A stretch of 64,000 bases of DNA, taken from the NCBI RefSeq assembly GCF_964355755.1, contig NC_092672.1:4278001-4342000 (forward strand). The letters are read 5' to 3'. Origin of the DNA: Antedon mediterranea. Lineage: Eukaryota > Animalia > Echinodermata. The notes beneath the pieces are model-generated. The model was not told the origin of the DNA and searched no databases. It worked only from the letters and a program-made list of their open reading frames with translations. The position numbers and the translations under genes are program-made. Shown one piece after another: positions 38,001 through 53,000 of the stretch (the stretch's first letter is position 1; each line of letters starts with the position of its first letter).

Positions 38001-41000
38001 AATCTAAAACCATTTTATTTTTATATAATTTTTGTTATCTTTCATTTTACTATTCAATGTCAGTACAACCAACCAGAACTAGACAAATTTCCAATCACAC
38101 TTATCAAATTCATTATAAGAATGCCCTTTGACCTCTTGCTACTAATCATAATATACAATAATTGTTTTTGTTTAATAACAGTGTATAATATTCCATTGTT
38201 CTTTTATTAGTTCCAATAACACTACTACAATGTAATAATTTATTCATGGCTGCATTGTAATAGTTACTTAGTATGTACTGCATATTCATTTAAAACTGAA
38301 TGAAAGATTCCACACAGATCAGTTAATAAATAGCTATTAACGCAATTTTATTTGGTAGTATTTAGTCTACTACTTACAGTTATTATCTAATATAATGGAA
38401 ATTATAATCCTCATTTCTTGGCTCATCTTAAAGATGTATTGTCCTCCTGGAAATGAATGTTTAACATTTTTTTTGTTGCATATGCCATTTTTTCACAATT
38501 TAGTTATCCACAAAATTATTTACCTGAAAAAACTATAATGTTGTAAAGCAAAAGATGGTCAAATTGGCTGCCAGCCAATGGATTTTTGGTTGAGTTTAAC
38601 CATTTATTATGTTATTTTATAGGTAAAAACATTTTTTTTTTCTACGGAAGTGATTACAGAAATTTTTATTAAAACTACAAAATAACCTATTCAAAGTCTG
38701 ATTTAAATAATCTTCATTTTTCATGTTTTTGGGGGAACAATACGTCTTTAAATAAACATAAAGGAAAAGAAATATCTTACAAATCTTTTGTTTAATTTTA
38801 TAATGTGTAAGGCTCACAGGCAAGCCTGTACTTTTTATATTATTTGTCAAGGTCATTTTTATGACATTTCACCATTTTTAATATGCATTGTTGTTGACAT
38901 TGCAATATGTTTTATTTTACTCATTAGTGAAGACTGAATCAATACCAGGCATCTATCATTATTATTACTTTTGTTTGATAATGACCTGTCATTGTTAAAG
39001 ATAGAATAAGAAAATATACATTATGTTAATGCTGTTATTGGAGTCAAATTCAGTTGTCTATTGACACAGGAGGCTATTATATCATGACACAGTGGAAGCT
39101 GTAATTAAGTTTTCTATTTAATTTTTAGTAGCATGTTAAGTAATATTATTTGTACTCTATTATTGTGTTTTTTTTCTTCTCATGTCATAAATTAAAGAAT
39201 TAAAATTTTAATATGTTTTAGGGACCATCTCAATATTTAGTTGTTAAGTTGTTTATTGGACAACGATGTGTGGATGACGCAACCTTTCAGAAAAATATGC
39301 AAATTAATTTTGAGACTGTCCCTTATTCATATTCAATGCTACCAAAGTATATAATTTGTCTCTTATTTACATGTAGACTGCACTCTTTCTATTGTTTCAG
39401 GATGCCAGGTGGATCTCAGCGCGATCAGATGAATGTATATAAAAGAGTGCGCCCCCTTAGTCCTTCGTTGCACCGATATGCAGTATTTCCACCTCGTGAA
39501 ACCCCGCATTATGCAGTTAGAGAGACTCCGTACGCCAGTATTTATGGAGGACATGGGCATCAAGACTTAAGGCAACAGGTAATATATTCAGTAGGTAGCT
39601 GGCCTTGATGGTGATAGAATAAATAATGTTATAGGCTTAACACAAAAAAGCAGTACTTAGTTTGGGGCGTTTTGATTCTTAATTTCTTCAAATCAGGCGG
39701 TGGGGATTGAAAATAAAAAAACAATTGCAGAATGTGTAGCTTGGCTTTATAGCGATTGAATGAATAATATTGAAAGCCTGTGTTCTCACAATGAGCAATT
39801 GTGATATAAATATATGAAATTGAAAGTGTATTAAAAGATGATTTTTGTTATTGATATTGCAGGAATACAATTCCTGGGATCACAGAGATTCTCAATATGG
39901 AGCCCCCTCTATGAATCGGAGGCGTCCTTCATTGTTGTCAGAGTTCCATGGACACCAAACAGCTGATAGGTGAGATTTCAATCCATTTGCTTTTTAAAGT
40001 TTAATTGTTGAAATGTCATTTTGTGCTTGGCTAAAAAATAGTGTACAGTTTCAATGAGCCTAGTTTTAGGGGCGAGTTTTTCAATTTTCAGACAATCCCA
40101 TTTTGAGAGAGTTTTCAAAGAGTCCAGTAGCAGTATTCACCATTCATAATTAAATTGAGATATTTCCCTTAAATATTAAGTATTTCCCTTAAATTGCATA
40201 AATATTTAAGTATTTCCCTTAAATTGCTTTATACTTAGGCCTAAATAGGAGATTTTTTTAAATTTTGAATGTTTCCTTTAGCCTAAGTGAGAATTTGCAA
40301 ATATGCTCATAGATTTGTGGAATATTCTCAGTTTTCAGACAGTCCAATTTAATGGATAGTTCCTAGTTTTCAGGGATTCCAATTTGGGAGAGTTTGTTTG
40401 TAATTGCACATGCAGTTGTTATTTATCAAAGGGGTAGATCATTAGCCAATTATTAATAATGATGCAAGTGATTTGACAAAAACTGAAAAACTACAGCTGC
40501 GCTTGCTGTGATATATTTATTAATGTTGTTGCAACATTTGATGATTTTTCTTCCTGACTTTGGGCGCAGTCTATTAAGTTTCAAACAGGCATACATATTA
40601 AATTCGTCAAGATCCCAATCACCCTCAAATAAATTCTTTAAACTTAGCTAAACTGGTAGACTGATCACTCTGAATCAAAACACTAAACGTTGCCAACAAT
40701 CATTTGTATATCAATCTATTCATGTATTTAATAGCAAGTTTGTTAGATCTCTGTAATTTCTTAAATAGCCCTTATAATTTTACACGAAACTATTTTCACC
40801 CATACAACAAGAGTACCTCATTTGTTTTTAATGAATCATGCATTTATTCTAGGACTGCAGAGTATTATCGGCATCATGAATTTGGGGCAGCCAATCAACT
40901 GGCAGTTGCAGCGCATATGGAAGTGCCTGAGGTCCTATCTGCAAAGCGCCCTCGCTTGAATGACCCTGATGCGGAAAAATCGATACGCATACTTCACCAA

Positions 41001-44000
41001 CCCACAGATCAACAAGTACAAGCAGTAGAGATAAAGAAGGTGACAATTTATAATAACATTCTCTTGTGGAATTCATTTTAATTTAAAGAATAAACTGAAA
41101 ATCACCCTCTGATAATGCAGAGATTTCATTTGACTGTTGTATTGATCTTTGTACATAAAAGAAAGAATGATAAATAAAAATAAAACTTATTTGTTTTTGT
41201 GTAGGAACCACCATTTATACCTAAAGTCGAGAATATTTCACCAACGCCATGTGACCAAGAAGCAGCTTCTAAACTGTCCAAAGACGAGTTGGTGTTATGT
41301 ATGGACAAAGTAGATAAAGAGATCTCTATAGTAGAGACCCAGATTAAGAACCTTAAACAGAAGCAGGTAGGGTACATGTGTGTTCTTGTTACCAAAAGCA
41401 ATGATAAACCTGCACAATGGGAGACCCAGGATTTTTAAATAGGGGGGCCGCAGGAGGGCTGGGCCTAATTTACTGCCCTATTTTTCTTATCATTAACATA
41501 ACAGTGTGTCTTCTGAATACCTTTCAAATATATTTCTATCTTAAAATATTACATTCCAGGATGAACTCGAGCGGAGGGCAGCTAAACCTCCTAAAACAGA
41601 CAAGGAGGCCACAAATGATACCGGTCCAGAGCCCAAGCAACAAAACGTGATACAGATGATTTATGCTGAAAACAGGGTATGTTTATTCATAAAATTCATA
41701 TAAAATTTAATAATTTTTTTAATTACACACATCAATAGCTACTAAATTTATAATAGAATTCTTTACTTCTTAATTTGTTGTTCATATCTTCAAAATCAAT
41801 AAAAACGTCTCAAGTGAAAAAAATCATTGTGAATATTAATTATAGATATGATCGAGATGAGTCGCATAGCTGCGTACGTAAGCCATGCTTAGAACTACGC
41901 CTGGCTTCAGTGAAATTAACACACTTCATTTTCCTTCGTATCATCATGTGACTTGGTTTGACCTTTATTTAGCCTTCCCAGTGAGCTCATTAAATGGAGG
42001 TCAGGTTGTTGTGGTCTTTTGATGCATCTAAATGCTCAGAGCTTAGATATCTGTTTCTTTGTGGCTTCAGTTATTCGTGAAGTAGACGTTATTGTTATAC
42101 ATTTGAAATTTATATTTATGATTTATATTTTTGTAAATATAACATTTAATTTTATGTACCATATCATTCATTTTTTTTTCAATATTTTTATTTGACGATA
42201 TCATTTAATGTAGAAATGTTTACATTTTGATATCAATAATTTCCAAAATAAATAAGTAGAAAATGAATTAAATAATTTGAATAATTTTTATACTAAATGT
42301 TTGACCTTTCACCTTCTTATACATTCCACTTCCCATCCGTGTTAATAGACCATATTCATTTTATTAAAAAAAAAATATTTAGTTGATATGAATTTTTTTT
42401 GTTTAATACAAACATAAAAAATTAGACGTTAAACATTGTTGTATATAGATATATATATTTAAAATTTATAGAAATAACTACATTTAATTCCATATACGTA
42501 ACCATATCATTCATTGTATTACAAAATATTCTAATTAAATGACATAATTTAATGTAGAAATGTATACCAGATATATATATATCAATAATTTCCAAAATAA
42601 ATAGGTAGTAAATGAATTAAACAATTAAGCATAATAATAATAATAATAATAGTTGATTTTAATTTTGAATAATGTTTTATACCAAAAGTTTGACCTTTCA
42701 CCTTCTCATCCTTTCCATTCCGCATCCCTGTTAAAAAACAAAATTATTATTGCAAATAAGTGTATTTAGTATATTCTGTATATATTTAGTTATAACTATA
42801 AACGTGGCTGCAATATCATAATTTACAGTGTAATAAGTGATATTTTAAAATGTTTTTATTAAAATGTATTTTTTTCAATCTAGCAACGAAAAGCACACTC
42901 TGTATGACAAACAACACTTTAACTACTACCATGTCACAGTATAGTAATTAGATAAGTAGATAAGATGCTTGTAGTCTGTAAGGTAACCTATAAATACAAG
43001 ATGATTGCTTAGGGGACAAGATATAGGCCAGGTTATGCCGCCTTCGTCGCCGCGAATGATAAACATAGACCAAGCTTTGCTTTACCAATGCGCTATAAGC
43101 ATGCCGAAATTGGTTCAACTTGACTGGCTCTCTGATTAAAGTGGCCTTTCGTTAAAAAAAGAATCATTTCTTAAGCTCTGTCTACACTATTAAACTAGTT
43201 TGACAAAAAAAAGTTTGATGGGCACAAGTATGGTAGTGATATACCCAAATATGGTAGTGGTATGACATCATGTCAATATATGGGCACATCACATTTTTTG
43301 GCCACATAAAGTTTGATAGTGTAGACAGAGCTTTAAAAACAATAAATGATATTTGTCCGTGCAAAAGGGTCAACATTATAGAATATTTTTTATTATATGC
43401 GATTTAGTTGGTTTATTGTTTGATCCTTAAACTAAACTAATATAAATGTAATTTATAAACGTCAAAGTAAACACAAGCTGATAATGGATATTTCTATTAT
43501 TTACAATATGCATTTACCTCTTGACGAGAAAATCACAACACTTCAAAGATTTAAAGGCTGAGCTTAATATTTATTTTAAAACATTGTTTTGTTAGACCTT
43601 CTACAATGTATTGTGAATGTTATTATTGTATTACAAATATCATGAATAAATGTTGTAGTTGCACTGGAGAAAGTAATTGAGTCTTAAGCTCTGCCTACAC
43701 TATCAAACTTTATGTGACAAGAAAAAATGTGAAGACGTCATATCACTACCATTTTGACCATATCACTACCATATTTGGGTACATGACACCTTTTTGTCAT
43801 ATAAAGTTTGATAGTGTAGACAGAGTTTAAAGGCATTTTAGCCATCTAGATTTCTATCTTTCAAAAAAGGAGGAGAACAATTTTTTTTTGTGGATATATT
43901 AATTTTTCAATGTTTTTATTTTAGAGAAAAGCTGAGGAATCTCACAATGTGTTGTCAAATCTGGGGCCTAAGAATGATCTGGTAAGTTTGAAAGCTACGA

Positions 44001-47000
44001 TCTCTTATTTATTAAACTGGATGGTTCATAGAAATACTCTAAGAGATTTAAACTGTTGATGGCTATAATTATAAGTACAGGTTCTAAAATTGGTTTTTAA
44101 CTTTTATTAGTGTTAACTTATTCTTAATTTGGTGTGTAAATCTATATTATTTTTTCTAGCCATTGTATAACCAACCATCTGACAGTTCCCAATATCAAGA
44201 AAATATACAAACGTATGTATCTTATATTTATTTTGCATTTCCCCTGTGTAAAGAACTATTTCTCAATCTATTAACAACAATTGTTATAGCCCCACTTGTA
44301 TATAATACTTAATAAGTTTTTTTGAAATAGGAAGTGTAAATGTAGTTTTGGTCTACACTATCAAACTTTATGTGAAAACAAAATGTGATGTGCCCATATA
44401 TGGACATGATGATGTCATATCACTACCATATTCAGGCATATCACCAACATATTGGGCACATCACACTTTTTTTGTCAAACTAGTTTGATAGTGTAGACAG
44501 AGCTTAAGTCCATAGAATATGGTATATCAATACACATTCAAATCATAGTGTAATTATGGATTATTAATTTTGCAGGCATCTTGCCATGAGAAAGAAGTTG
44601 ATTCTGTTTCTCAAGTGCAGGAACACCACAAGGAAATTACGAGTAAGTGCTTATAACATTACATTGGGAGAAGTTCAAAGTTCAAAGTTGACTGTGCTGA
44701 TTTCAATAAACTCCCAGACTCTCCCGGCCATCAATGTATAAAAAAAAGAGTTGCTCTCGTTTGAAGAGTATTTTCAGAAACAAAATGCCATTTTAGTATG
44801 TAAAGCTCTACCTACACTATTAAACTATTTTGACAAAAAATGTGTGATGTGCCCAAATATAGTAGTGATATGACATCATCATGTCCATATATGTCCATAT
44901 TCACATAAAGTTTGATAGTGTAGTGTATGTTGTCAGTTGTATGTTATGCTTGATTGATTTTATGGTCTAATGCCACATCAGGCTTTTACTATCAGAAGTA
45001 CAAAATCATTTTGTATATTAATATCTTATCTATGACTCATTTACTATCATATGTTACTGTCTACACACAATCTGCTTTTACAGAATTTAAATGTATTTGT
45101 AGAATGTAGATACATATCTGGAGACTTAATGTCAACAAAAGCAGCCTATCGCCCAATTTTAGATAATAAAATATTGTACTTTATATATAAAATGTATGCG
45201 ATATATGTTTTTAAATTACAAAAAAATAAATAACTAAATGAACTATGCACTTTAAAAAAAATAAAATCTTTGACCTACAAAACAAATCAGGTCTAAAATC
45301 ATGTCTATATTTTCCAGTAATGTTAAGTTATATATACCGATTTCATTTTGTTAAAATTAATATTAAAATTCAATTTCTTTAGGAGCAAGGTTTATGTGAA
45401 AAATATGATAAGCTTATGGAATCATGGGAGAAGAGAATGGATCGATTGGAGAACAATGCGAAAAGGAAGTAAGTTAAATTTAAACTTTATCAAGTAGATT
45501 GGACCTTGAATCTTAATTACAATGAATGTTTATGAATGTAATGGAGAGAATAAGGAGTAGTGCCATTAGCCTTGTATAAATTAATTTTTGTCCCCACAAA
45601 ATCCTGAATTTAGTAAAGATAGGACGATTATTATTATAGGCATATTGCCAAGAATAGCCAGAAGTGATTTCATTCACTGTCCTTCTCAAGGTAGCACCTC
45701 TGTTCACAAGACAAACATACAAGTCACATGTGTGATACGTAATCAACCATTGCAATGACAAGAATATTCTTAGTATCTAAAGCTCTGTCTACACTATCAA
45801 AAAAGATTTGCCCAAATATGGTAGTGATATTCCCAAATATGGTAGTGATATGTCATCATCATGTCCATATATAGGCACATCACATTTTTTTGTCATAAAG
45901 TTTGATAGTGTAGACAGAGCTTTATAAAGCATGGTAATCCACAACTAATATCAATGATCGATGTTTATATTGCAACGGTGTGTTGCAAAATCCAGTAGGA
46001 TATGTATCTACATAATGTGTGTTCAGACGGTAGTCCAATATTTGTTCAGTATATAGTTTTTTCTTGAGTTGAACTTAGGACTTTATGATTAAAAGTAAAG
46101 CGCCTTATCTACAATACTTTACAATCAGTATTTGTTGATTAGTCTGAGTTTAGTCCATTCTATTTCGATGAGTAATATGTAGGTTTGAACCTGCAAGAAA
46201 AGTGATTAAAAATTATCTAATACTATTATGAATAATTTTTATGATGGGTTTTTTTGGACTGAATAATGCAATAGTGTACTATCCTTAAGGTGAAGGTCGA
46301 TAGTCAGTTTGAAATCATGAAACATTTAATTTAATTGATTTTGACATTTGTATTTAGGCAGGAAATGCCTCCCAAGTAACACATTTCCTCTCTCCTTAGT
46401 CTGTAACATAGAGTAGGTCAGATTATGAGGAATTGCCGATCAAACTCGAGTAATAACAAAAAACCAATGCTTAATCTCTCAAACAACATTCACGCCATTT
46501 TCCGCCTCATGTACGTTTGTTGGCTAATATGTGTGTGTCACTGAACTGAATTCGAGCTATTGCTGACAATTTTTAAGTGTGGTTGACTGATGTTGTGAGT
46601 GATACATTGCAGATGAGAAATTACTGTAGCATTCTAGACAGAATTTAATTTCAAAAACATACTTCTGTTTAGCTACCATTCTTTAAAAATGTATTTATTT
46701 AAAAACATATTAATTTATACAAGATAAAAAATCAGGTATAGATATTGCACCTGTTTTACATATCGTCCTGTTTTTCAGAGAAGTAGATTAAAAAACATGA
46801 ATTACTTTAAACTTTATTCACATCATACAAATAGTAAAATATGTGAAAAGGAGCCAAAAAATAGCTTTCGCTAATCGAGGTTTGGCTCCTGTAAAAAGAC
46901 ATTAAATAACTTCATTATTTAAAAATTTGTAAAATTAATAAAAAAAAAAAAATTAGGGTCTTATGTTAGTTTTCTTCAATGTATGCCTATGGTCATGATA

Positions 47001-50000
47001 GATAAAGAGGTAATTTTTTAATAAATTTTCATTAAACATTTTTACCTCCAGGAAATAATTTTAATAACTAAAAGTGGACTATCCTAATCAAAATCACCAT
47101 TTGTTAGGTGTCGATCAAAACATTTTTTACTGAATTTTACTGATATTGGTTGTATTCTCTCACCTCATCTTTGTTTAAATTGAATTTAAAAAAAAAAAAA
47201 AAAAATTAAACTCTCTCTTTATAGTTCGGTATTCAATGAATATTTTATCTATTTCTTTGTTTATCTCCATTGTGATTTTGATCCCCCCAAAAAACTGGGT
47301 GAAGAATTTGAAAGCATAATTGAACCTATGTTCTAAAAAAAAAAATCTTTTATTGCCAAGATCTTTTTATTAGAGACTGACATATTTTATGTGTTTAGTA
47401 CTAATTGGCTAATACAATTATTTAATTTCAATGCTCTTTATCATATTATAGATAATAATAACCAAATGAATCCGATTGAACAAGATTCCCTATCTTTATA
47501 CTGTAGTGTCTGATTCTATTAAACCATGGCTAATGCAACGGCTTTCATTACTGTTGACTCGGTGCTATTATACTTTCAGGGGCAAGGACGCGAAGGCTAG
47601 GGAGTATTTTGAAAAGCAATTCCCAGAAATTCGAAAGCAAAGGGAACAACAAGAAAGGTTTTCAAGGTAATTTTCAACAAGAATAATAATAATAATAATA
47701 ATAATAATATTAAAAATAATATTAAAAATAATATGGATTCATATAGCGTACATACAACTCAAGAGTGCTCAAAGCCTGTGAAAAATATGAAAAGAATTAA
47801 ATGAAAAGAATTAAATGAAAAGAATTAAATATATATAGTGTATGAGAACTATCATTTTATATGGCTTTTTAAATGATAAAAAGAACCCCTACTTTGGGAC
47901 ACCCATATTAAAGAGATATTTTCCCATGAAATGAATGCGGGAAATATAACACTACTAACAACACCTATTCAACGGACACCATTATAAAGGGGACATTTTC
48001 CCATGAAACAAATGAGGAGAAATTAAACATGACTAACAACCACCCCTATTCAAGAGGACATGAAGGGGACAATTTGTTTTGCCCCAAAGGTGTCCCTTAA
48101 TAGGGGGTTTTACTGTATACAATTAACTCCAAATTGTTTAATGAACTTAGTCCCATGTGGTCCTATGTATGAGTATGGTATCAATACTTAATGTGATGAC
48201 ACGTCTGACCTTACCAAAAATGAATATAAACTCTACATTTGTTGAAATACATTTAAAGGTTAGCATTTTGGAGGAAATACAACTCATGAAATGTCTCTAT
48301 TAATTAATTATCTCCCTATTTGATTTATCTACTTTCAAGTCTAATGCTAATGTTAATTAAAATGATGAATTTGAAATAATTAATCAATTTACCTAAAGTA
48401 GGCGGGGGAGTATAAACTAGTCGTTTAATTTAAAATATGATGATTGATATCTAGGCCTTGGTATAACTTTTTTTAAACTAGACCACTGGATTGTTAATAT
48501 CCATTTTTCTGTTGAATGATTGTGGTTAAAATAAGTTCACAAAAAACATAAAATTGTTTTTATTTTGAATATATTTTTTAAACCGTAAAAATTTTCAATT
48601 AATTTTATTTATTTCTGTTGGTGTCCTATTAAAATATTTAAAAAAAAAATGTTTTTATTTTGTTGTGTTGTATTGATATTATGTTTTGTGTTTTTTTTAT
48701 CCTACAGGGCTGGTAGTAGGAGTACTTGGGGGAATATTGCAAGAAGTGACGCTGAGCTGGCCGAGATTGTGGACGGCCTAAATGAAGCTGAGGCTAACGA
48801 TAGGCATATCAGAAGTCTTGCTGTTGTACCGCCGATGCTGTTTGACAGTCATCAACGTAGGATTAAATATATTAATAAAAATGGTAGGTATTTTTTATAA
48901 TTTATGTTAAAAAAGTAAATTGCCAGATTTCTGACAATTTTGGTAATATTGATGAGTTACACACAGAATAAATTGTAAATATAAATATTATATTTTATAG
49001 GCATTGTAGAGGATCCCATGAAAGAACACAAAGAAAAACAATTGTTTAACACGTGGTCAGACGAAGAAAAAGAAATGTTTAAAGAGAAATTCCTACAACA
49101 TCCTAAGAACTTCCTTTTAATAGCATCATTTTTAGAAAAAAAGGTAAGAAAAAAATGTTTTATTAAGATTTATTAATTACATAATATTAGTAGCAGTAGT
49201 AGTAGTAAAGATGTAGCTTGGTGGTTAACATACTTGCCTTTCAATTCCAGAGTCTATTGTTCAATCCTGACCTAGTGCCAGGGTTGTACCTCACAACTCT
49301 TTCGACTCCACTCCCTAAGCCCTAAATGAGACTTAGTTTATAAGCATGATAAATGATTAAATAGTTTATCCATCTTGTAATTGTTGGATGGGTATAACTA
49401 AATAAATAAATTAAAAAATGTTTATTCAGTCTCTGAAGATGATGACGTTTTCAAAAAGGAAAAGAAAGGGCCCCAATATTTTTGCTAATAATCCACTGAT
49501 TTGTTTTAGAGTGTTGCAGATTGTGTTTTACATTATTACCAAACCAAGAAAAGCGACAACTACAAACAGATACTAAGGAAAAACCAAGCAAAGAAAGGTC
49601 GCAGTACTAGGTTCCCACCCAAGACGAGCATTCCTCGAAATAACGATGATGAAGATAGGGAAGACAAAGAAGAAGACTCCAAACAACCGCCAACGTAAGT
49701 TAATGTAAACATCTTAAGATATCGCACAAACCTTCTCTTTAATGACATATTGTCAGAAATTGGACTGGAAAAAAAAATTATTTACATGAAAAAAACTGTA
49801 ATTAAAGGAAAGAATATTCAAATTGACTGCCAGCCAATGGATTTTTGGTTAAATTTAACCGTTGGTATTTTTATAACTGATTTTTTGTGTTTTTTTTATT
49901 TCATAAAAACTACAAAATAACCTATTCAAAATCTGATTTTAATAATCTTCATTTATCATGTTTTTAATTTAATAATATAATCTTTAATAGAAAGTTTATA

Positions 50001-53000
50001 TACTTAGGATATGCATTTCATCAGTTTAATTCAACAACCCAAATACATAATTTTACCTTGAATCGATCCTATTAAGTATGTAAGCTAGAAGAATGTTGAC
50101 ATGCATTAGCCAACTAAAGTGCATACTTAGTTTGTTCTGTGTTGGCATTTGCTCAAGTAAATTTCACATAATGTTTGGTTGTATCTCTTCAGTTCAAGTA
50201 ACATAAACGAATACATTTTTAAGGTCTCACTCCAAATAAAAAGCACCTTTGAGACCAAACATTACTATTTTTAATAGCTTTAGCCCCTATAAACTTTACA
50301 ACCATCCACCACACTGCAATTTTGTCTCTTCTTAGAGATACAATATAACCATTGTTTTATGTATTTACGTATTGATAGAGAAAAAGAAAAGTTTTACGTA
50401 CGTCTTTCGGTCCCATACCGTACATAAAATGTACTACTGCAAAGCTTCCGTTTGAATTCAGTGAACCCATATTCCAGGCAACACATTAATTCATAGAATA
50501 AAATTATTATGATTCTTTATTCTTTATCAGGAGAAGTAGAACAAAAGAACGAGAAGAAAATGCTGAAAAGGAAAAGCAGGAGGAAGAAAAGGAAAAGGAG
50601 AAGGATAAAGAAAAAGAGAAGGAAAAGGAAGAGGAGGAATCAAAAGTAAAAAATGAGAAAAGCGATAAAAATGAGCAACAAGTTGATGCTCCAATAACTT
50701 CTACATTGGCGACTGCTACAACTACAGTTGCGTCTTCTACTATGACTACCTCAACAGTGGAAGAACCAACATTAATAATAAACAATCAATCGGGGGACGG
50801 TAAGCATTTTAATTTATTAGGTTATATGCTATTTTGGTCACATTAAGCGGCAAGATTGAATGGAGAAGAGAGTGTTGGAGGCTTATATTCCAGGGAAGAG
50901 AAGAAGAGGAAGACCAAGATGCAAATCGAAAAAGACTATAACAGATGTGTTTGGCTCTATGGAGCAAGCAAGTAGGATGACAGAGGACAGGAGACGGTTT
51001 CAGAATGCTGTTAAAGAAGCCAGGCTCTGATCAGAGTTTGCTTTGACGACGACGACAATTTGTATACCACTATTTTGATTATATTACAATATTTCTGATT
51101 AGTTTATTTTTTAAGTCATTTATGGTTTTAGTAAATTATAATGATAATGTAATAAGCTCTGTCTACACTATGTGACAAAAAAATGTGATGTGCTAATATA
51201 TGGACATTATGATGTCATTTCCTTACCATATTTGGGTATCACTACCATATTTCGGAACATCACACTTTATTTTGTCAAACTAGCTTGATTAGTGTAGACA
51301 GAGCTTTAAATGTGATTACATGTTTGGTGTGTGGATGTAAAATTTAGAAAACTAAGGTCTTAGCTTTCTAGACATCCATTGAACTAATGACTGTATTTTT
51401 GTTTATTAATAAATAAGTATTTTTGTTTATTATGTATTTTAGGAGAGGCAACACACTGTTCAGTTTGCAGGAATTCTTTAGGCAGTAGTTTAAGTCGACC
51501 GGTCACGCACCAGAATTGTAGTATATTTGGTATTGAAAAATCACAGGTTGTTTCGAATATGAGAGTGTGCAGTAAATGTCGCTGTAGGTCTATTCGCAGA
51601 AGGCAAGTACAATACAGATCCTTAATTCTAATAACATACATACTATACATTATGCTAAAGCCTCAACAATAAAAGAATGCAAGAAATACAGTTTTAATGG
51701 TGAGTTTTTAAAGCTGGACGTTGGAATAGTTACAAGTAGCAATGTAGCCAGAGAATTTCTTTATGAATTTCATTTGCTTAAAACAAATATTCTTTTCCTT
51801 TAAGCACAGAAACAAAACAAAGAATTATTATTTATTCATTAATTATATGCTTATAATAGGTGCCCTATACCAACATGTAAAACACCGAAAAGAAAAGTTA
51901 GAAAATTAAAACTGTTACCTGCTAAGTGGTCAGAAATTCCAGAAGAACAAAGAAATAGTATAGCAGAAGAAATTGGTAGGTTTTTGATGGAACCCAAATT
52001 AATAATTATTATTAATAGCCTATTTATTAATACAAATAATTTTATCATTATTATGTTATTTGATTGTATATGTAATTATAATCATCCTCAAGCTTATTTG
52101 GAAACGGACTATGTCCTATAGACCCACGGCAGACAGAAGTCCAGCGCCTACCCCACATAGGGAGACAATTCCCTACTCTTTTGGAATATTGCATCAACTT
52201 CTTTAACATACACTATGTACATGAGACCAACAGCTTTCAATCCGAAGGCAATCAAAATGAATCTTACTGTACGTAAAGCTCCACTACTTCATGTGACAAA
52301 AAAATGTGAATATATGACATGATGATGCCATATCACTACCATATTTGGGCACATCACGCTAGTTTGATAGTGTAGACAGAGCTTTAGATAATCAATATGA
52401 AACAGGCAGGCTCAAAGCCATGCCTCCCACATGCTAGTCTATTTCCTTACTATTACGTCATATCATCGTGAGGTGGTTTCCCGAATGATCGTAAAAACTC
52501 GCTCTCTGAATTTCGTTTAAAAAAAGCAAACATTCACAATGTGTAGATACATTTCTCAATGCTTTCACAGTTTTTCTTTTCAATTATATTGTATGTACTT
52601 GTTCTTGTTAGGTTTAAGCGAAGAAATCCTGAAATGCTGTGCTGGCTGTTTTAATAGAATAGCCAGGAAACTTGGCACTGAAGGAAATGAGATGGAAATA
52701 TCAACCACATCTGATAAGATGAATGACGGTATGTTTTAAATTAATTTCTTCATTTTAGGATAATTATTAATGAAATGTTGTATTGGTGACTGTTAAAGAA
52801 TTTATTAGAGAATAATAGTGAAAGTTCCTTACTGTTATTATTTACAACACTACAATTTATTTTTAATGTGGGTTGCTTTAAATAACTATATAATTTGATT
52901 TTTTGGTTTTTGTTTTAAATTTATTACATTATTTTATTTAACAGAAACTTCATTAAGGTGGACAGAGGATGAAATGAGCACTGCCAAGAAAGGTAATTTT

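Noticed and set aside
49431-49456. Second hammerhead motif (ctgaagatga)
   Set aside because: There is no stem II and no correctly placed GAAA.
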